From Octopus sinensis (Eukaryota), in NCBI RefSeq assembly GCF_006345805.1, contig NC_043006.1, forward strand, positions 97,712,001-97,776,000: DNA of 64,000 nucleotides. Reading direction: 5' to 3'. The position numbers and the translations under genes were made by a program. This document shows positions 1 to 14,629 of this stretch, one piece after another. The notes beneath the pieces were generated by a model, which was not told where the DNA came from, ran no database searches, and was given only the letters and a program-made list of their open reading frames with translations. Position 1 is the stretch's first letter, and the number at the start of each line of letters is the position of its first letter.

Positions 1-11
1 TTAATATTTCT

Positions 12-14
<3 letters not shown>

Positions 15-83
<69 letters not shown>
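15..83. repeat. (AAT)n microsatellite
   Basis: Perfect AAT array read directly. Confidence 0.95.
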
Positions 84-85
<2 letters not shown>

Positions 86-1053
86 GTGTATAGTCACTGT
101 TTTGAAGAATACAAGTTCCGCTATAACGGTAGTGTAATGAAAACTGTGTTGAATTTTCCCTAGTTGATTGGTTAGGTTTGTATTTGAAGGTAGTGAAACG
201 TTTTTCAGACTCCATATGTATAGTTTTCTCTCCTTAGTGAGAGGAAACCTAAATATATTTATGCGTTTATTTGATTTCTTTAATTATTCTTTTAGTCACA
301 GCCCTTAATATTTTAACATTCGTGGGTTATGATTATGTTGGATCTTTTCGGCACATGGTGGTTATGATAAGAACACTATTAAACATTATATCATATTAAA
401 TTAAATTATTAACTTTTTGGCAGGAGAAGGATGCATAACGTAGATATTTCACATATGTTTTGCGCGTCTGTAGTAAATGATCTTCGTCGCTCCAAGCAAT
501 GACATTATTTTACGACGTACTGAAGCTGTTTATTTTGAAAATCCTTAGAAATATTTCATGTTGATTTTTATGTTTTCTACATCACTGCTTTAGTTACTCT
601 ACTCTTCTATTAGTTGGAACATTTCATTTTATTTCTATTTCTGTGAGTGACATTCTTAATGTGTTTTCTTTACGGTTATTTGTCCATTTAATCGATTTGA
701 GACCTTTGTTCTTTATTTGATGGGCATTTGTTTTGGAGAACGTTTATTTTCTGTTCTTTGGGCTTTCTCTGTAAGACATATTTAATGCATATAGCTTGAT
801 TCGTTGACTTAAACTGCTTTAACTTTCCAAAATACACAAAGGGAATAACGTGTCTGTTCGGTTTGATGGTCTCTTTCTTAATTTATATCCAGTTAAATTT
901 CTAGAAATTTAGTTTCACCGGAGTTAGAATATTTTTGCGTTTTACATAATTTATTCTGGAACAAATATTGATATCGTACAGTCAGAGGAAAATGTATTAG
1001 TCCCCTTAATTATGTGGAAGGTTTAGACCCTTTTTATAAAACAGTGATAGAAG

Positions 1054-1139
<86 letters not shown>

Positions 1140-2100
1140 TGCGTGCGTGCGCGCATGTTTCATATCAGGTGAGATTAAGGACGTTCTGTTCCAGAAACCT
1201 CATGATGTTAAAATTAAGTGAGTATTTTCCTCCAGAAGCTTACTGTGATAATTCTGAGAGAGAGGGAGAGATAGAAAGAGAGAAGAAGTGAGAGAGACAG
1301 AGGGAGAGACATCGAGAGAAATAAACATAGAGAGAGACACATTTATATTTGGAAAGATTGTTCGCCTGAAAAAATTTGGTTAAATTTCCCCGTTTATTTT
1401 GATCTCTTACCATATCTAATACCATGGCTCGAGCTCTTTTAGTGGTAATATGTTATTCATATAACTATGCTGAAATAATATGCATGTGCTCTCTGCGTGC
1501 AGCTGCTCTGGTGTCACATATTCGCAATCTTTTGTGGTAGCATCCTCATGCATTATTTCTATCTTGTCAGTATGAGAAATGACGCATTCCTTAGTCTCTA
1601 CATATCCGCATTTTGCATGATTGCTTCAATATACTTCTGCAAGTGCAACGCACATTGATTGAATATACGTGTAAATTATAGTTCAGTAGAGAATTTTGCT
1701 CCGATTATTCAACTGTAATAGATTAGTAGAATTCTTATTATATTAGAGAATGATAACTTTAGTACTATTGCGTATCGGCGTAAATAGATTCGTCTATGAG
1801 GGTGTCGTAACAGATGAAACTTCTATAATATTCTTCGCACCAAATTTGATAAAGGCGTTCGTTCTTTTACTTCTGCTACTGCTTAAAATTTGATGGAGAC
1901 AATTTGTCTGCATTCTAATTATTACAATTCATATTCTGAATTTTTTTCAATATTCCATATGATACTGACTCTGAGATGATTCTATTTTGCGGTTCTGCAA
2001 ATTAGTTTCTCATAAAATATCATCGGGTTTAGCGGGAACACGAGCCCATTTTAAATGATGAAATATAGCATAAAATATAAAAAAGGTCTTCATCTGACTG
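84..2100 (-). mobile_element. Highly degenerate Penelope-like retroelement relic (tentative)
   Basis: Short minus-strand peptides resemble Penelope motifs: 'AFIKF' (~1850, cf. FIxFDI of the RT) and 'LYIWSLK' (~215, cf. SKYIWxLK of the GIY-YIG region). Many stops and frameshifts, interrupted by (TG)n and (AG)n. Weak and judged by eye. Confidence 0.3.
1056..1137. repeat. (TG)n microsatellite
   Basis: Perfect TG array. Confidence 0.95.
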
Positions 2101-2749
2101 CTATATTTTCAAACTTTTACAGGCGTCCATGGTCAAGGCTGACCATCAATCTGCATTTGTATGCACAATTCTGGACAACATGTTTTTCTTTTTTGGAATA
2201 CCGGCAGTTGCTCCTGCATGCAAGTTTCTTCTCATCACACCACTGGTGTTTTCCAAGGGAAACGTTGCCGACTTAACCCGATAAAACTTACCACTAGTGT
2301 TGTCGAAGTGAAGTTTATATAATGTATATGAGGTGAGGTTGTAGTGATTGCTTTGGTTATGGTCTTACTATAGATTATGATAATGATGATTGTAATAGTG
2401 GTTTCAGTGGTAGCCGTAGTGGTGTTTATAACGATGTTGATAATTAGAGGGACAAGCCAAGAAAGAAGAAATCTCTACGAGGATTATGTGCCTCTAAGGT
2501 TTAATTATATTTCTATGAAATAACATTCACCGTCTGAAAATTACTCCGTTCGATAGTTTAGTAAGTTTGAAAAAAGGACAAAGTGATCCTTTGTTACGAA
2601 ACCTTTGAAAACCGTGACCACAAAGCAGAAGGAAAAACATCCGGCTCATTCTGGAGAAGGGACAGCAGTAGTGTGGTACTGATTAGCTAATTGTTAAATA
2701 CGCTGTACATGTGACAAAAAACTACTCGACCCAGTTTTGCATGGAAGCT

Positions 2750-3250
2750 GAATGAGTGTTAACAGCAGCGTTTCGTTGTCATGCTTGTATTTCATAGCAT
2801 TTCAGCTAACGGCGTCGACCATTCTTGAAAATTTATCCAGAATTTGCAGCTCCCCGTTGTAGCCGTTGATAGATCTGTAATATCAGGATGTTGTGTCCTT
2901 GGTATAAAAGGTTTTCCAGAAACATCTCTTCATTGATGTAGAGAACCTCTCCGAATGCACTGTAGCACTACCCGACACGGAACCTCTATAGAATGTAAGA
3001 GATGACATATGATTGGTTGCACTGTTCGACTGGCAACCTGGAAAACTTCCAGATTCTTGGCGAATAATTTGGTGGGAATTACACATATCTTTGCTCACCT
3101 TGATCACACTATAGCCGATAAGCATCAATCTCTTTGCGAGGAGCTTCACCAAAATCTTATATTTTGCGCTCAATTTAGTTATGGGTTAATTCTCAATTAT
3201 CTCCTCTTCTGCGAGTGTTTGCTAAGTAACACCACTATTTTCCAGCTGAA
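2750..3250 (-). mobile_element. L1/Tx1-like LINE reverse-transcriptase fragment (pseudogenised)
   Basis: Minus strand reads PITKLSAKYKILVKLLAKRLM, matching the RT motif RPITLLNxDYKILAKxLAxRL of L1/Tx1 elements. Flanks are frameshifted; boundaries are approximate. Confidence 0.65.
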
Positions 3251-4536
3251 TGTATCTATTCTGTTGTTAGTTATGATATGAATTTTATGCATCCTTACTT
3301 TATTAAAACGGTGAGTAAGACCTGAGGGAAAGTTAATTACTATTTGTAGCATATTGAGCGACCCTGTAGAGGCGGTCCTCTTGTAGGCTTATAATCTCAG
3401 TTATAGCTATGGACCTGTAATGTTGACGTAAAATAACATCCTTGTAAGTAGTTTTTAGAAGTATGAAGGCGGTTTTACAGCTATAAAGGGAGTTAATTTG
3501 AAGTGGCCACAAAGTTGGCCACAAATGATGTTCGCTGTTGTTACTCTTATTGTTGCTTTTCTTATTGATGTTACTAATATTGTTGTTGTTGCACTTCTTA
3601 TTATTGTTATTGTCTAGTCCATGATAAAAGGTGATATAACTGTAGAGTATATGTTTTTTTTTAATTTGAGATGCCATTTACCAGAAATAGATTTCCGCCA
3701 GCGTATTTCATTTTATATCAAAGTAAGATGTCATTTTAAGGAGATTTGAACTAATTTTCTTGTAAATCGAGCAGGAGTTAACCTACTGGCTCACGTCAAT
3801 TGTTATTATTGTTCTTTAGCTTGATTTCAAATCTGTATTATTAGAGATATGTTTAAAGCCATTTTCGACACCTTTCTTTTATCCAGATAATCCATCAACA
3901 ACAAGAACGAATCAATATACCTTCCCTTTTTCTGACAGTAGGATGAAATTTGAGAAAGATCTGATAGTGATTTCTGGCTGGTTATGACACCACATAAGAT
4001 CTCCATCACTGTATTGCGTCAATTTTTGTTGAATACCTAACTATTTTTTATGTAATAGCATGAAACTGTATTCTATTTTTAATTTGCATATTACTTTTGA
4101 TCAGATGACTAAAGGTTACGGACAATATCTTATTTCCCTAGAAATTTTGAATAAGATAAACACAGATCTGAGTCCGCATTTATTGACCAATTTCATTCGA
4201 CTCGTGTGTGCCAGATGTTAGAATTACAGAAAAAAAACTCTCCAAATACTTGGAAAACAATGGAAGCGAAAATACGAACTGGGATTGAACTGAGATATTT
4301 TTAGACCTTGGTCCACAGCCACAAAAGCTTTTCATAATGTTTGAAAGAGAAATCAAATTTAAGTGTTATTGACAGTTTGATTATCTTAAAGAAACATCAG
4401 GACAAGCACCCAAGTTTTGTTGACAGAACTTTGTTAAATATTTAATTACAGAAAACTTCTAAATAATTTTACAGAAGTACTTTTTGTTGTTATTATTTAA
4501 TTGTTTGCACTATTGAGATTTATTTTCCTTCTATTT

Positions 4537-4612
4537 AATATTATCATCATCATTATTATTATTAGTTTTATTATTATTATTATAATTATTATTATTATTA
4601 TTATTATTATTA

Positions 4613-4659
<47 letters not shown>
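4537..4659. repeat. (ATT)n microsatellite
   Basis: ATT array with few interruptions. Confidence 0.95.
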
Positions 4660-4844
4660 GTTGTTGTTTCTTCATCTGTAGTAATATGTTGCATTGAATA
4701 TTGACACAGTTGAAAACAGAAGATAACATTAACTTGTGAAATTGTTTCCAAAATTCCAGAAAATTAAATAAGATTTCAGATGGGAAATCAAAACCGAGTT
4801 TCGGATGATAACCATAAAAATTAAACAATACATACATATTCAAG

Positions 4845-5727
<883 letters not shown>

Positions 5728-6007
5728 AAGTGAATGTGTCAGGAGAATAAGGTGATGTTTCATATGTCATTTTTATTTGTTTTCGTTTGTATTGTAGCGT
5801 TTCATTGTTACCATAGTAATGTTTGAAGCATTTCGGGTGTTTATTTCGTATATATTTTTTGAAATTTGAATTGTGATATTTCATATTGTGGTATATGGAA
5901 GTAAAACCGACGAAAAAGAAAATGGAAGCCGAAGGAAGGAAAAAGTGAAGGAGAATATGATGAAGAAAATTGAAAAGAATATCAAAAGTGAAAAAGAAAC
6001 AGACTGT

Positions 6008-6083
<76 letters not shown>

Positions 6084-6143
6084 GATGATGATGGTGATTA
6101 TTATAATACTAATAATTCTAATAATAATAACATTCATAATAAT

Positions 6144-6184
<41 letters not shown>

Positions 6185-6805
6185 TGATGATAATGATAAT
6201 AATCATTTAATGATAATAATACGATGATAATGATGGAGAAGAAGACGAAGAACGGAATGCGGAGGGCTACATGATGGAGGAGAGAAAAAGATGAAGGAGA
6301 AGAAACGAAGAACAAGAATAAGAGAAAGAGAAAAATGAAAAGGAGTAAATAATGTGGAACACAATGAGGAGGAAAAAGTAAATTAAAGAAGTAGAAGAAG
6401 AGTGAGAAAAGGAGGAAGAGGAGGAAGAAAAGAAGAAGAGAAGAAGAAGAAGAAGAAGAAGAGAATAGAAAGAAGAAGAAAAGAAGAAGTAGAGAAGAAG
6501 AAGAAGAAAAGAAGAAGAAGAAGAAGAAGAAGTAAGAAGAGAAGAAGAAGAAGAAGTAGGAGAAGAGAGAAGAAGAAGAAAGAAGAAGAAAAGAAGTAGG
6601 AGAAGAAGAAGAAGAAGAAGAAGAAGAAGAAGAAGGAAGAAGAAGGAAATAAAGAGGAAGAAAGGAAAGGAAAGGAGAAGAAGAAGAAGAAGGAGAAGGA
6701 GAAGAAGAAGAAGAAGAAGAAGAAGAGAAGAAGAAGAAGAAGTAGGATGAGGAGAAGGAGAAGGAGAAGGAGAAGAAGAAGAAGAAGGAGGAGGAGGAGG
6801 AGGAG
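6008..6805. repeat. Compound trinucleotide array (TAC)n-(AAT)n-(GAT)n followed by a GAA/GGA-rich polypurine tract
   Basis: Read directly: TAC 6008-6082, AAT/GAT to ~6230, purine-rich GAA/GGA to ~6805. Confidence 0.95.
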
Positions 6806-7802
6806 ACGGTGTAGTCGAAAAATACTTGAATTGATAAATCACAGAACTGTGCAATAATCTATATTTTTCAATATGATGGAAAAGAAGGCAACACTTGTGG
6901 GACGAAATATATTGATTATTGAAAACAATAATTTAAAGGAAAAAATTATGAGAAATAGTTGTTATGGTTGTTGGAAAATTTATTGCTTCGACAAACGAAA
7001 GATGGAAGAATGTCTAAGATCAGGGAGTAAAAAAAATGGAGAAAAATTGTTTTGAAATAAACATGAGGCAAAAAGGATATTATGAATATTTTTGAAATAT
7101 TCCATAAGGACAGTGAGAAATTATTCTTTGTGGCGTTCAGCGAACACAGAACTCATAGCAAACAATTAAAAGCACCAAGGGATGATGGATGTGAAAAACA
7201 TGCTTCTTTCAAAAGATATTTCTGAACCAAAATTAGAAAGATTTGTCACAATAATTTAGATAATGTAGTTAATTTAAATCAATTTAATTCAGAAAGCAAA
7301 CCAGTTGCTGCTAAATCATCTTGGAATTCATTCTGCGCAGCAACAGGTGCCGGGAAAGATTATTAGAATAGTTTCTCTCCGGCAAAGAAAACTATTTCCA
7401 TAAGTGTTTTGTTACTCAAATGCTTTAGGCTTGGTGTAAAGGTGTGATTGTGTGTGTGGGTGTGTGTGGGTGCGTGTGCGCGCGCAATCTTTTACTTGTG
7501 TTGATCATTACATGGCAGTAATGCTGAAACTCTGTCTTAAAGGGTTTAGTTGAAAAAAATCGATCCTAAGCCTTGTTGTTAAGCCTGGTACTTGTTTTAT
7601 CGATCTCAATACAGAATCCCTAAGTTACAGTGCATTGGTGGGGGACAAATAGAAACACAAAGACATACAGATACATACACACATACACACATACACACAT
7701 ACACACATACACACATACAATGGTGTTTCTGTAGATGACACTTGCCCAAAGTGCCATCAGCTAGGACTGAACCCGAAAGCATCTGCTCGACGCTGAATCT
7801 TA

Positions 7803-8390
7803 TTATTTCTTTTATTGCTCACAAGGAGCTAAACACAGAGGGCACAAACAAGAACAGACAAACGGATTAAGTCGATTACATAGACCCCAGTGCGTAACTG
7901 GTACTTATTTTATCGACCCCGAAAGGATGAACAACAAAACTTTGCCTTTCATCCTTTCGGGATAGATTAAATAGGTACCAGTTCCGCACTGGGGTCGATA
8001 TAATCGACTTAATCCGTTTCTCTGTCCTTGTTTGTCCTCTCTGTGTTTAGCCCCTTGTGGGTAGTAAAGGAATAGGTATTTCATCTGCCGCTACGTTCTG
8101 AGTTCAAAGTCCGCCGAGGTCGAGTTTGCCTTTTATCCTTTCGGGGTCGATTGAATAAGTATCAGTTACGCACTGGGGTCGATATAATCGACTTAATCCG
8201 TTTGTTTGTCCTTGTTTGTCCCCTTGTGGGTAGTAAAGAAAGAGGTATTTCGTCTGTCATGTTTTGAGTTCAACATTCACCAGAGTCAGCTTTGCCTTTC
8301 CTCCTTCCGGGGTCGATAAAATAAGTACTAGTTGTGTGCTGGGTTCGATGTAATTGACTCCCTCCCCTTCTGCCATAATTTGAAACCAAT
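7803..8390. mobile_element. SINE family A cluster: one minus partial copy plus three plus-strand partial copies
   Basis: Repeated core CTTTGCCTTTCATCCTTTCGGGGTCGAT...AAGTACCAGTT..GCACTGGGGTCGAT..AATCGACTT, as in the other family A copies. Confidence 0.9.
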
Positions 8391-9391
8391 GTTATACCTA
8401 CAACTGTGAAGTTTACAAATTCCACGTTAACATTTAAATAACAAATCATATTGATCTCATTCATAGGTTTTCCTACACGTGATTCTTGTAATTTTAGCTC
8501 CACATTTTTAATGTAAAACATTTTACCTTATATGAAAAGTGTTTTTTTTCATGTACAATCATTTTGTATATTAGTATGAATTTAATTTATATAAACTATT
8601 ATTTAACAGGTATTTTGGGAGAGTTTTTGCGTAATATTCTTTTCTATATTATTTAATCGCTTGGTCCTTTTATTTGTTAGAACACTCGTCGACGTTTAAT
8701 ATTTCTTTCACTCACTGAATTTCTTCACCTAGTGCTCTATTTGTAGGAAAGAACCTAAAAGAAACTATAATTGACATTTCGTATCTGTAGGGGCATTCAC
8801 AGCCTCCATTAATGTATATGAATATATCTATGTCTTTGGCACAAACAGGCGTGTTACTTTGTGGTACTTTCTGTCTAAACATTTAAGTATAGAAATTGAG
8901 TTATCCTATTGCCAGAAGGTTTATTGCTACTGATCTAGACAGAAATGAAATTGAATATCTGCACGAAGTTGTTTTCTAGGCCTTCTTTAATTTTTCGACA
9001 TCTTTCAGTATGTCCATTACAACGAGTATTCCGAACAACTATATCGTTCATATGCTTGTCTTATAACGTATGTTTATGCGGTGAAACGTTTTGTTTTCTA
9101 TTCAACCTATATATAACGCCTTGAACGCGGTTGTTATGCAAGAACCTACGGTTAACTTCTGTTTTATAATTCGTATTGTAGACTGCTAAAATGTACTTCC
9201 ATTATACAGAAGGTTAACAATATTTTCGGTTTGGAAACTGATATAGTGATTAGCTATATTCATGAATATTTTTTTAATAAATTATTCAATGTGGCCTTTC
9301 TTAGTATCCATCGAATATTAAGGTGATGATGTTATCTGCATGCAGACCGTATAGAGCGTTCCCCCTAGGGTCCATTTTCGATGATATCTAA

Positions 9392-9783
9392 TCTATATAT
9401 ATAAAGCTGAAGTTGTCTCTGTGTGGCAGGTTTTGTAGCCTTCAACTAACACTATCTCCTCCGAGACCCTGCGGCGCAAGTTGACCAAAATTGAGAGTAT
9501 GATAGAAGAAGGTTTGCTCTTTATCCCGTAAAAGATAAAATTCAAATCGGACCATGTTAAGATATCAAAAATTATTTACATCAAAAAGGTCCTTGTTTTC
9601 TATGAAAATCCCTATTTTTTACGATTTTTTGACTGCTGTGTCGCCATTTTTCGGTGTATTTCAACCAAAAAAATGTTCACTTAAAGAGAATAACAAGCTA
9701 CATAATGCAAAAATTTTACTTTTCAAAAATTCCAATTGTAAAGGGTTGAAACAAACCAGAGCAGCGCCGGGCGATACTGCTAC
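9392..9783 (+). mobile_element. Non-autonomous Helitron, family 2
   Basis: 5' A|TCTATATATATAAAG; 3' CCAGAGCAGCGCCGGGCGATACTGCTAC|T (subterminal hairpin plus CTAG-like end). The 3' end is nearly identical to those at 13097 and 38514. Confidence 0.75.
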
Positions 9784-10597
9784 TTATTAATTAAATATAT
9801 ATTTTGGTGGTCTTTATTTGAACGGTTGGAGTGAGGGAGATTGCCTTGTGTATTTTTTACGCTCGATGATAATTCATGCTTAAACGTGGAGGAAATGCGA
9901 AGCTCCTGTTTTTGTGGGCATCATCGTAATAAGTATTTTCAGTTTAACATTGAATACGTGTTGCTATCTTTCTGAATTCTTATAAATTTTTTCGTCGTTA
10001 AGTAAAATGTTAATGTTAATTTATAGTAAACTTTTTATGAATACTAAATAATTACTATTGTTATCTTTAAATATTATAATTTTGTTGTTAGTTTTACAAT
10101 ATCGTAAGATTTGTGTTGAGCATTTATTTATCATTGATGTGTGTATCTGGTTTTATTATACTAACCTCGGACTATCTCTTGGAGATTTACGTCCATGCTT
10201 ACATTCATTGTATCCCTGAGCTTCTCTACGACTTTGACGTGCAACATAATTTCAACTTGTTTGATTTTTCGATTATATACCATTTATAAAAAGAAATGTC
10301 TATCGAGATTGATAAACGTAATTGCATTTGTATTAAGCGTATGTTGTATTAAAGTGAGGGATATATTTCTATCAGTATGTCGAGTAGTTTTTCTTACGAA
10401 AATTATGCTTACTTCAATCATATCTCTGCGAATAATTCTCCATGGAAATGATGCCAATAAATTATCAAGAGCTGAGGATATATCGTTTAAGATATACTTA
10501 CCGATTTATGCAATTATTCTTTAACTGTAGAATTTCTTGTTGTACGCTGAGTGCGTGCATTTGCCTATCGAGAGAAATTTTTTCCTGAAATCTCTCA

Positions 10598-11400
<803 letters not shown>

Positions 11401-11509
11401 CTATCCTCAGATAGACACCTAAATACTCTGAAGTGTCCATACTAGAGCTTCCGGCGTGAATGCCAAGCAGTACAGAATATCGTATCCAAACTGAAAGAAG
11501 TCCGTTGTA

Positions 11510-11534
11510 TATATATAAATATATACATACATAT

Positions 11535-11617
<83 letters not shown>

Positions 11618-11715
11618 ATGTATATATCTGTGTCTTTGCGCATGTGTGTACCCGTCCCCTCGTCACCGCTCAACAACCGTTGTTGGCGTGCTATATATAT
11701 ATATATATATATATA

Positions 11716-11758
<43 letters not shown>

Positions 11759-11768
11759 TATATATATT
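11510..11768. repeat. (TA)n blocks
   Basis: Two TA arrays separated by ~60 bp. Confidence 0.9.
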
Positions 11769-12090
11769 ATGTGAAATAGAAAGATGAATAATCTTGTAGT
11801 AGATTAATCAAAAGTTTAACCGATACCTTAGTAGCAAAAATCACAGCAGTAAACAGCACGGTTGGAGGTACAACCATATGGTGTTGCAACCGTGCGTTGG
11901 TGCGGATAATTGAAATTAAAACATTATTGGTGAATTGAAGAAATGGAGCTGAACGCAGATTGAACAGAAATCGTTTTATTTCATTCTACACGTGTTTCGA
12001 AAGGCACAAATTACCAAAATCCGATTGAATAATGGGACCATATTGTGTCTTTCTCTTCAGGAAGAAAATAGGAAATCCGTTGGAAAAACA
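11769..12090 (-). mobile_element. Short Penelope-like terminal (pseudo-LTR-type) fragment carrying a hammerhead motif
   Basis: Contains the hammerhead below with AATAAA just downstream on the minus strand, and is flanked by TA runs. The Penelope assignment is inference from that architecture. Confidence 0.5.
11977..12070 (-). ncRNA. Minimal type I hammerhead ribozyme, intact core
   Basis: Minus strand: UAUUUUCUUC-CUGAAGA-GAAAGACACAA..33 nt..UUGUGCCUUUC-GAAA-CACGUG-UA-GAAUGAAAUA. All core nucleotides present; stem II 10/11 bp, stem I 9/10 bp, palindromic stem III, GUA cleavage triplet. Confidence 0.75.
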
Positions 12091-12214
12091 TATATATATA
12101 TGACAATCTTTATATCTTACTCAAAATGAATATATATTTATTAGAACGCCGAATACTGCAGCATTGGCATTGAATGATCCTCTCATACAAGCACAGCTTC
12201 CTAAAAGCACCGAT

Positions 12215-12447
12215 AGGCGACGAGCTGGCAGAAACGTTAGCACGCCGGGCGAAATGCTTAGCGATATTTCGTCTGCCGTTACATTCTGAGTTCAAATTCC
12301 GCCGAGGTCGACTTTGCCTTTCATCCTTTCGGGGTCGATAAATTAAGTACCAGTTACACACTGATGTCGATGTAATCGACTTAATCCGTTTGTCTGTCCT
12401 TGTTTGTCCTCTCTGCGTTTAGCCCCTTGTGGGCAATAAAGAAATAG
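12215..12447 (+). mobile_element. SINE family A, full length
   Basis: tRNA-like head (TGGCAGAAACG A box, GAGTTCAAATTC B box), core, and tail ending AAAGAAATA. Confidence 0.92.
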
Positions 12448-13096
12448 ATATATATCGTTAGCTGACAAGAACCGTTATATCATTTGATTTCAGCGACAGA
12501 TATTCACTCGCCCATTACCAGCCAAATTTCATTGTCAGCAGGCTTAAGAAAATATAAATAATCCGACAAGCTTATTAAAGTATAGTTCTTGTTTACCTTC
12601 TCTTTCCACGAATGAAATTCGTAAAAGGTTTTAATTTACAGACTACTTTGCTATCTAAATTTACAAGACTAGTAACATATTTCTCTTAACTTATATTACT
12701 TTTAATTGCACACTACCGGCATAGACATAACACAAACACATAAATAGATATGTGTATGCATGTGGTGCCTGTATCTGTATTAATATATCATGTACACACA
12801 CACACACACATATATATATACACTAATGAAGCAACTTAAGTAGTAAAGATCTATAAGCGCACACACACACACACACATGCATAAACAATGTCATCCATAC
12901 TTGTATTCAATGACCTTTTGCCGACACAACATACACACATACGTACATATTAATTAAATTAGGCAGTAAACATACGTATATACACATACGGGCAAACATA
13001 TACACCCACGAACATGCACTAAAACAGAAACCAACATGGACCATGGACATCCATGTATTATAAAAGACTTTCATTTTATTTTTTTATTATTATTAA

Positions 13097-13492
13097 CTAA
13101 CAGTATCGCCCGGCGTTGCTCGGGTTTGTAAGGGAAATAACTATATAAGCATTTTTAGAGATGTAAAGTATAATAGCCATCTCAATATGGCTAACCACAA
13201 GGGGGGGGTGTTACTGTAGCTTTTTACGTTCTGAGATTTAATGATAAATTTTTAGAGAGTTACTTCCCTTATATATGCCAAAAATGCATTAAAAATGGGA
13301 AAAATTGATGGTAATTTTATTTTTAAATCGTACAATCATCGTAGACGCGCGCAAATACCCAGAAGGGCTCGATATGAATCACGACTATAAGATACCCGGT
13401 TTTGGTTAAACTGCACCACAAAATGTGGGAGTAGTTAGGAATCTAAATCGTAGGAGACAGACAGCACACAACCTCTCTTTTATATATAAAGA
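13097..13492 (-). mobile_element. Non-autonomous Helitron, family 1
   Basis: Reverse complement of 38113-38514; TC start and a hairpin plus CTAG-like end on the minus strand. Confidence 0.85.
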
Positions 13493-13571
13493 TATATTTC
13501 ACCATGTTCCTCATTTATAATTGATCCTTGTTTTTATCTTTTATTTTTAATTTTTATATACTTTAATTCAT

Positions 13572-13779
13572 TACTCTCTCTTTTACTCTATTTCTTTTTT
13601 CAATCATTTGACTGCGGCCATGCTGGAGCATCGCCTTTAGTCGAGCAAAGCGACCCCGGGACTTATTCTTTGTAAGCCTTGTACATATTCTATCGATTTC
13701 TTTTGTCGAACCGCTAAATTACGGAGACCTAAACACACCAGCATTGGCTGTCAAGCGATGTTGAGAGGACAAACACAGG

Positions 13780-13818
<39 letters not shown>

Positions 13819-13985
13819 TTATACATACGACGGGCTTCTTTCAGTTTCCGTCTACCAAATCCACTCACAAGGCTTTGGTCGGCCTGAAGCTATAGTAGAA
13901 GACACTTGCCCAAGGTGCCACGCAGTGGAACTGAACCCAGAACCATGTGGTTCGTAAGCAAGCTACTTACCACACGGTCACTCCT
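13572..13985 (-). mobile_element. SINE family B, full length
   Basis: Reverse complement of the 28476 and 58326 copies (tRNA-like head, CCTTGGGCAAGTGTCTT core, internal CA/TA run, AAAAGAG-like tail). Confidence 0.9.
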
Positions 13986-14592
13986 ATAGTATTAAATGTC
14001 ATCCCTGGTGACATTATTGTTATTATTATTATTATTATTATTGTGTAGTAGTAGTAGTAATTTTAGTATTAGTATTGTATTTAAATATAAATAAAATATT
14101 AACACACGCACACCCACACACACACAATAAACGTCCTTTCATGTATTTAGTCTGTTGGAGTATTTCAATTCATCAAAATGCAAACTCTGTGATGTCCTTT
14201 TTGCCTTGAAGATCAACCCAGAATACTCAAAATGCAAACTTATATTATTATATATGTTCTGTACTTTAAATTGGATGTGAAGTGAAACAATTGTAGGTAA
14301 TGTTAATTAATTAATAAATTACCTTATAGCCATTGAATCTCTCTATTTTAAAACTTATTAATCATGACTGCAGTCTCAAGACTGAAATATATAGAAGGAT
14401 GTGTGTGTGTGTGTGCGTGTGCGTAATTGCGCGCGCTTGTGTGTGTGTGTGTATTTCTATGTATATACATACCTACACATAAGGCTACACAAAATAACAC
14501 GTATTCATGATGACACCCGATGAAATCTAAAATCGAAAGAACGACCTTATGATAACAAAGTAAAATTCATAACCATTCAACTATAGCAAACC

Positions 14593-14629
<37 letters not shown>

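Noticed and set aside
3009-3281. Hydrophobic plus-strand ORF with a nearby GTGAGT donor at ~3311
   Set aside because: It is antisense to an L1/Tx1 RT relic and has no recognisable host protein motif.
9554-9790. 78-aa ORF
   Set aside because: It lies inside a non-autonomous Helitron and has no Rep/Hel motif.
8740-10520. Possible further Penelope-like RT relic interrupted by the Helitron
   Set aside because: Only vague peptide resemblance; no motif I can defend.
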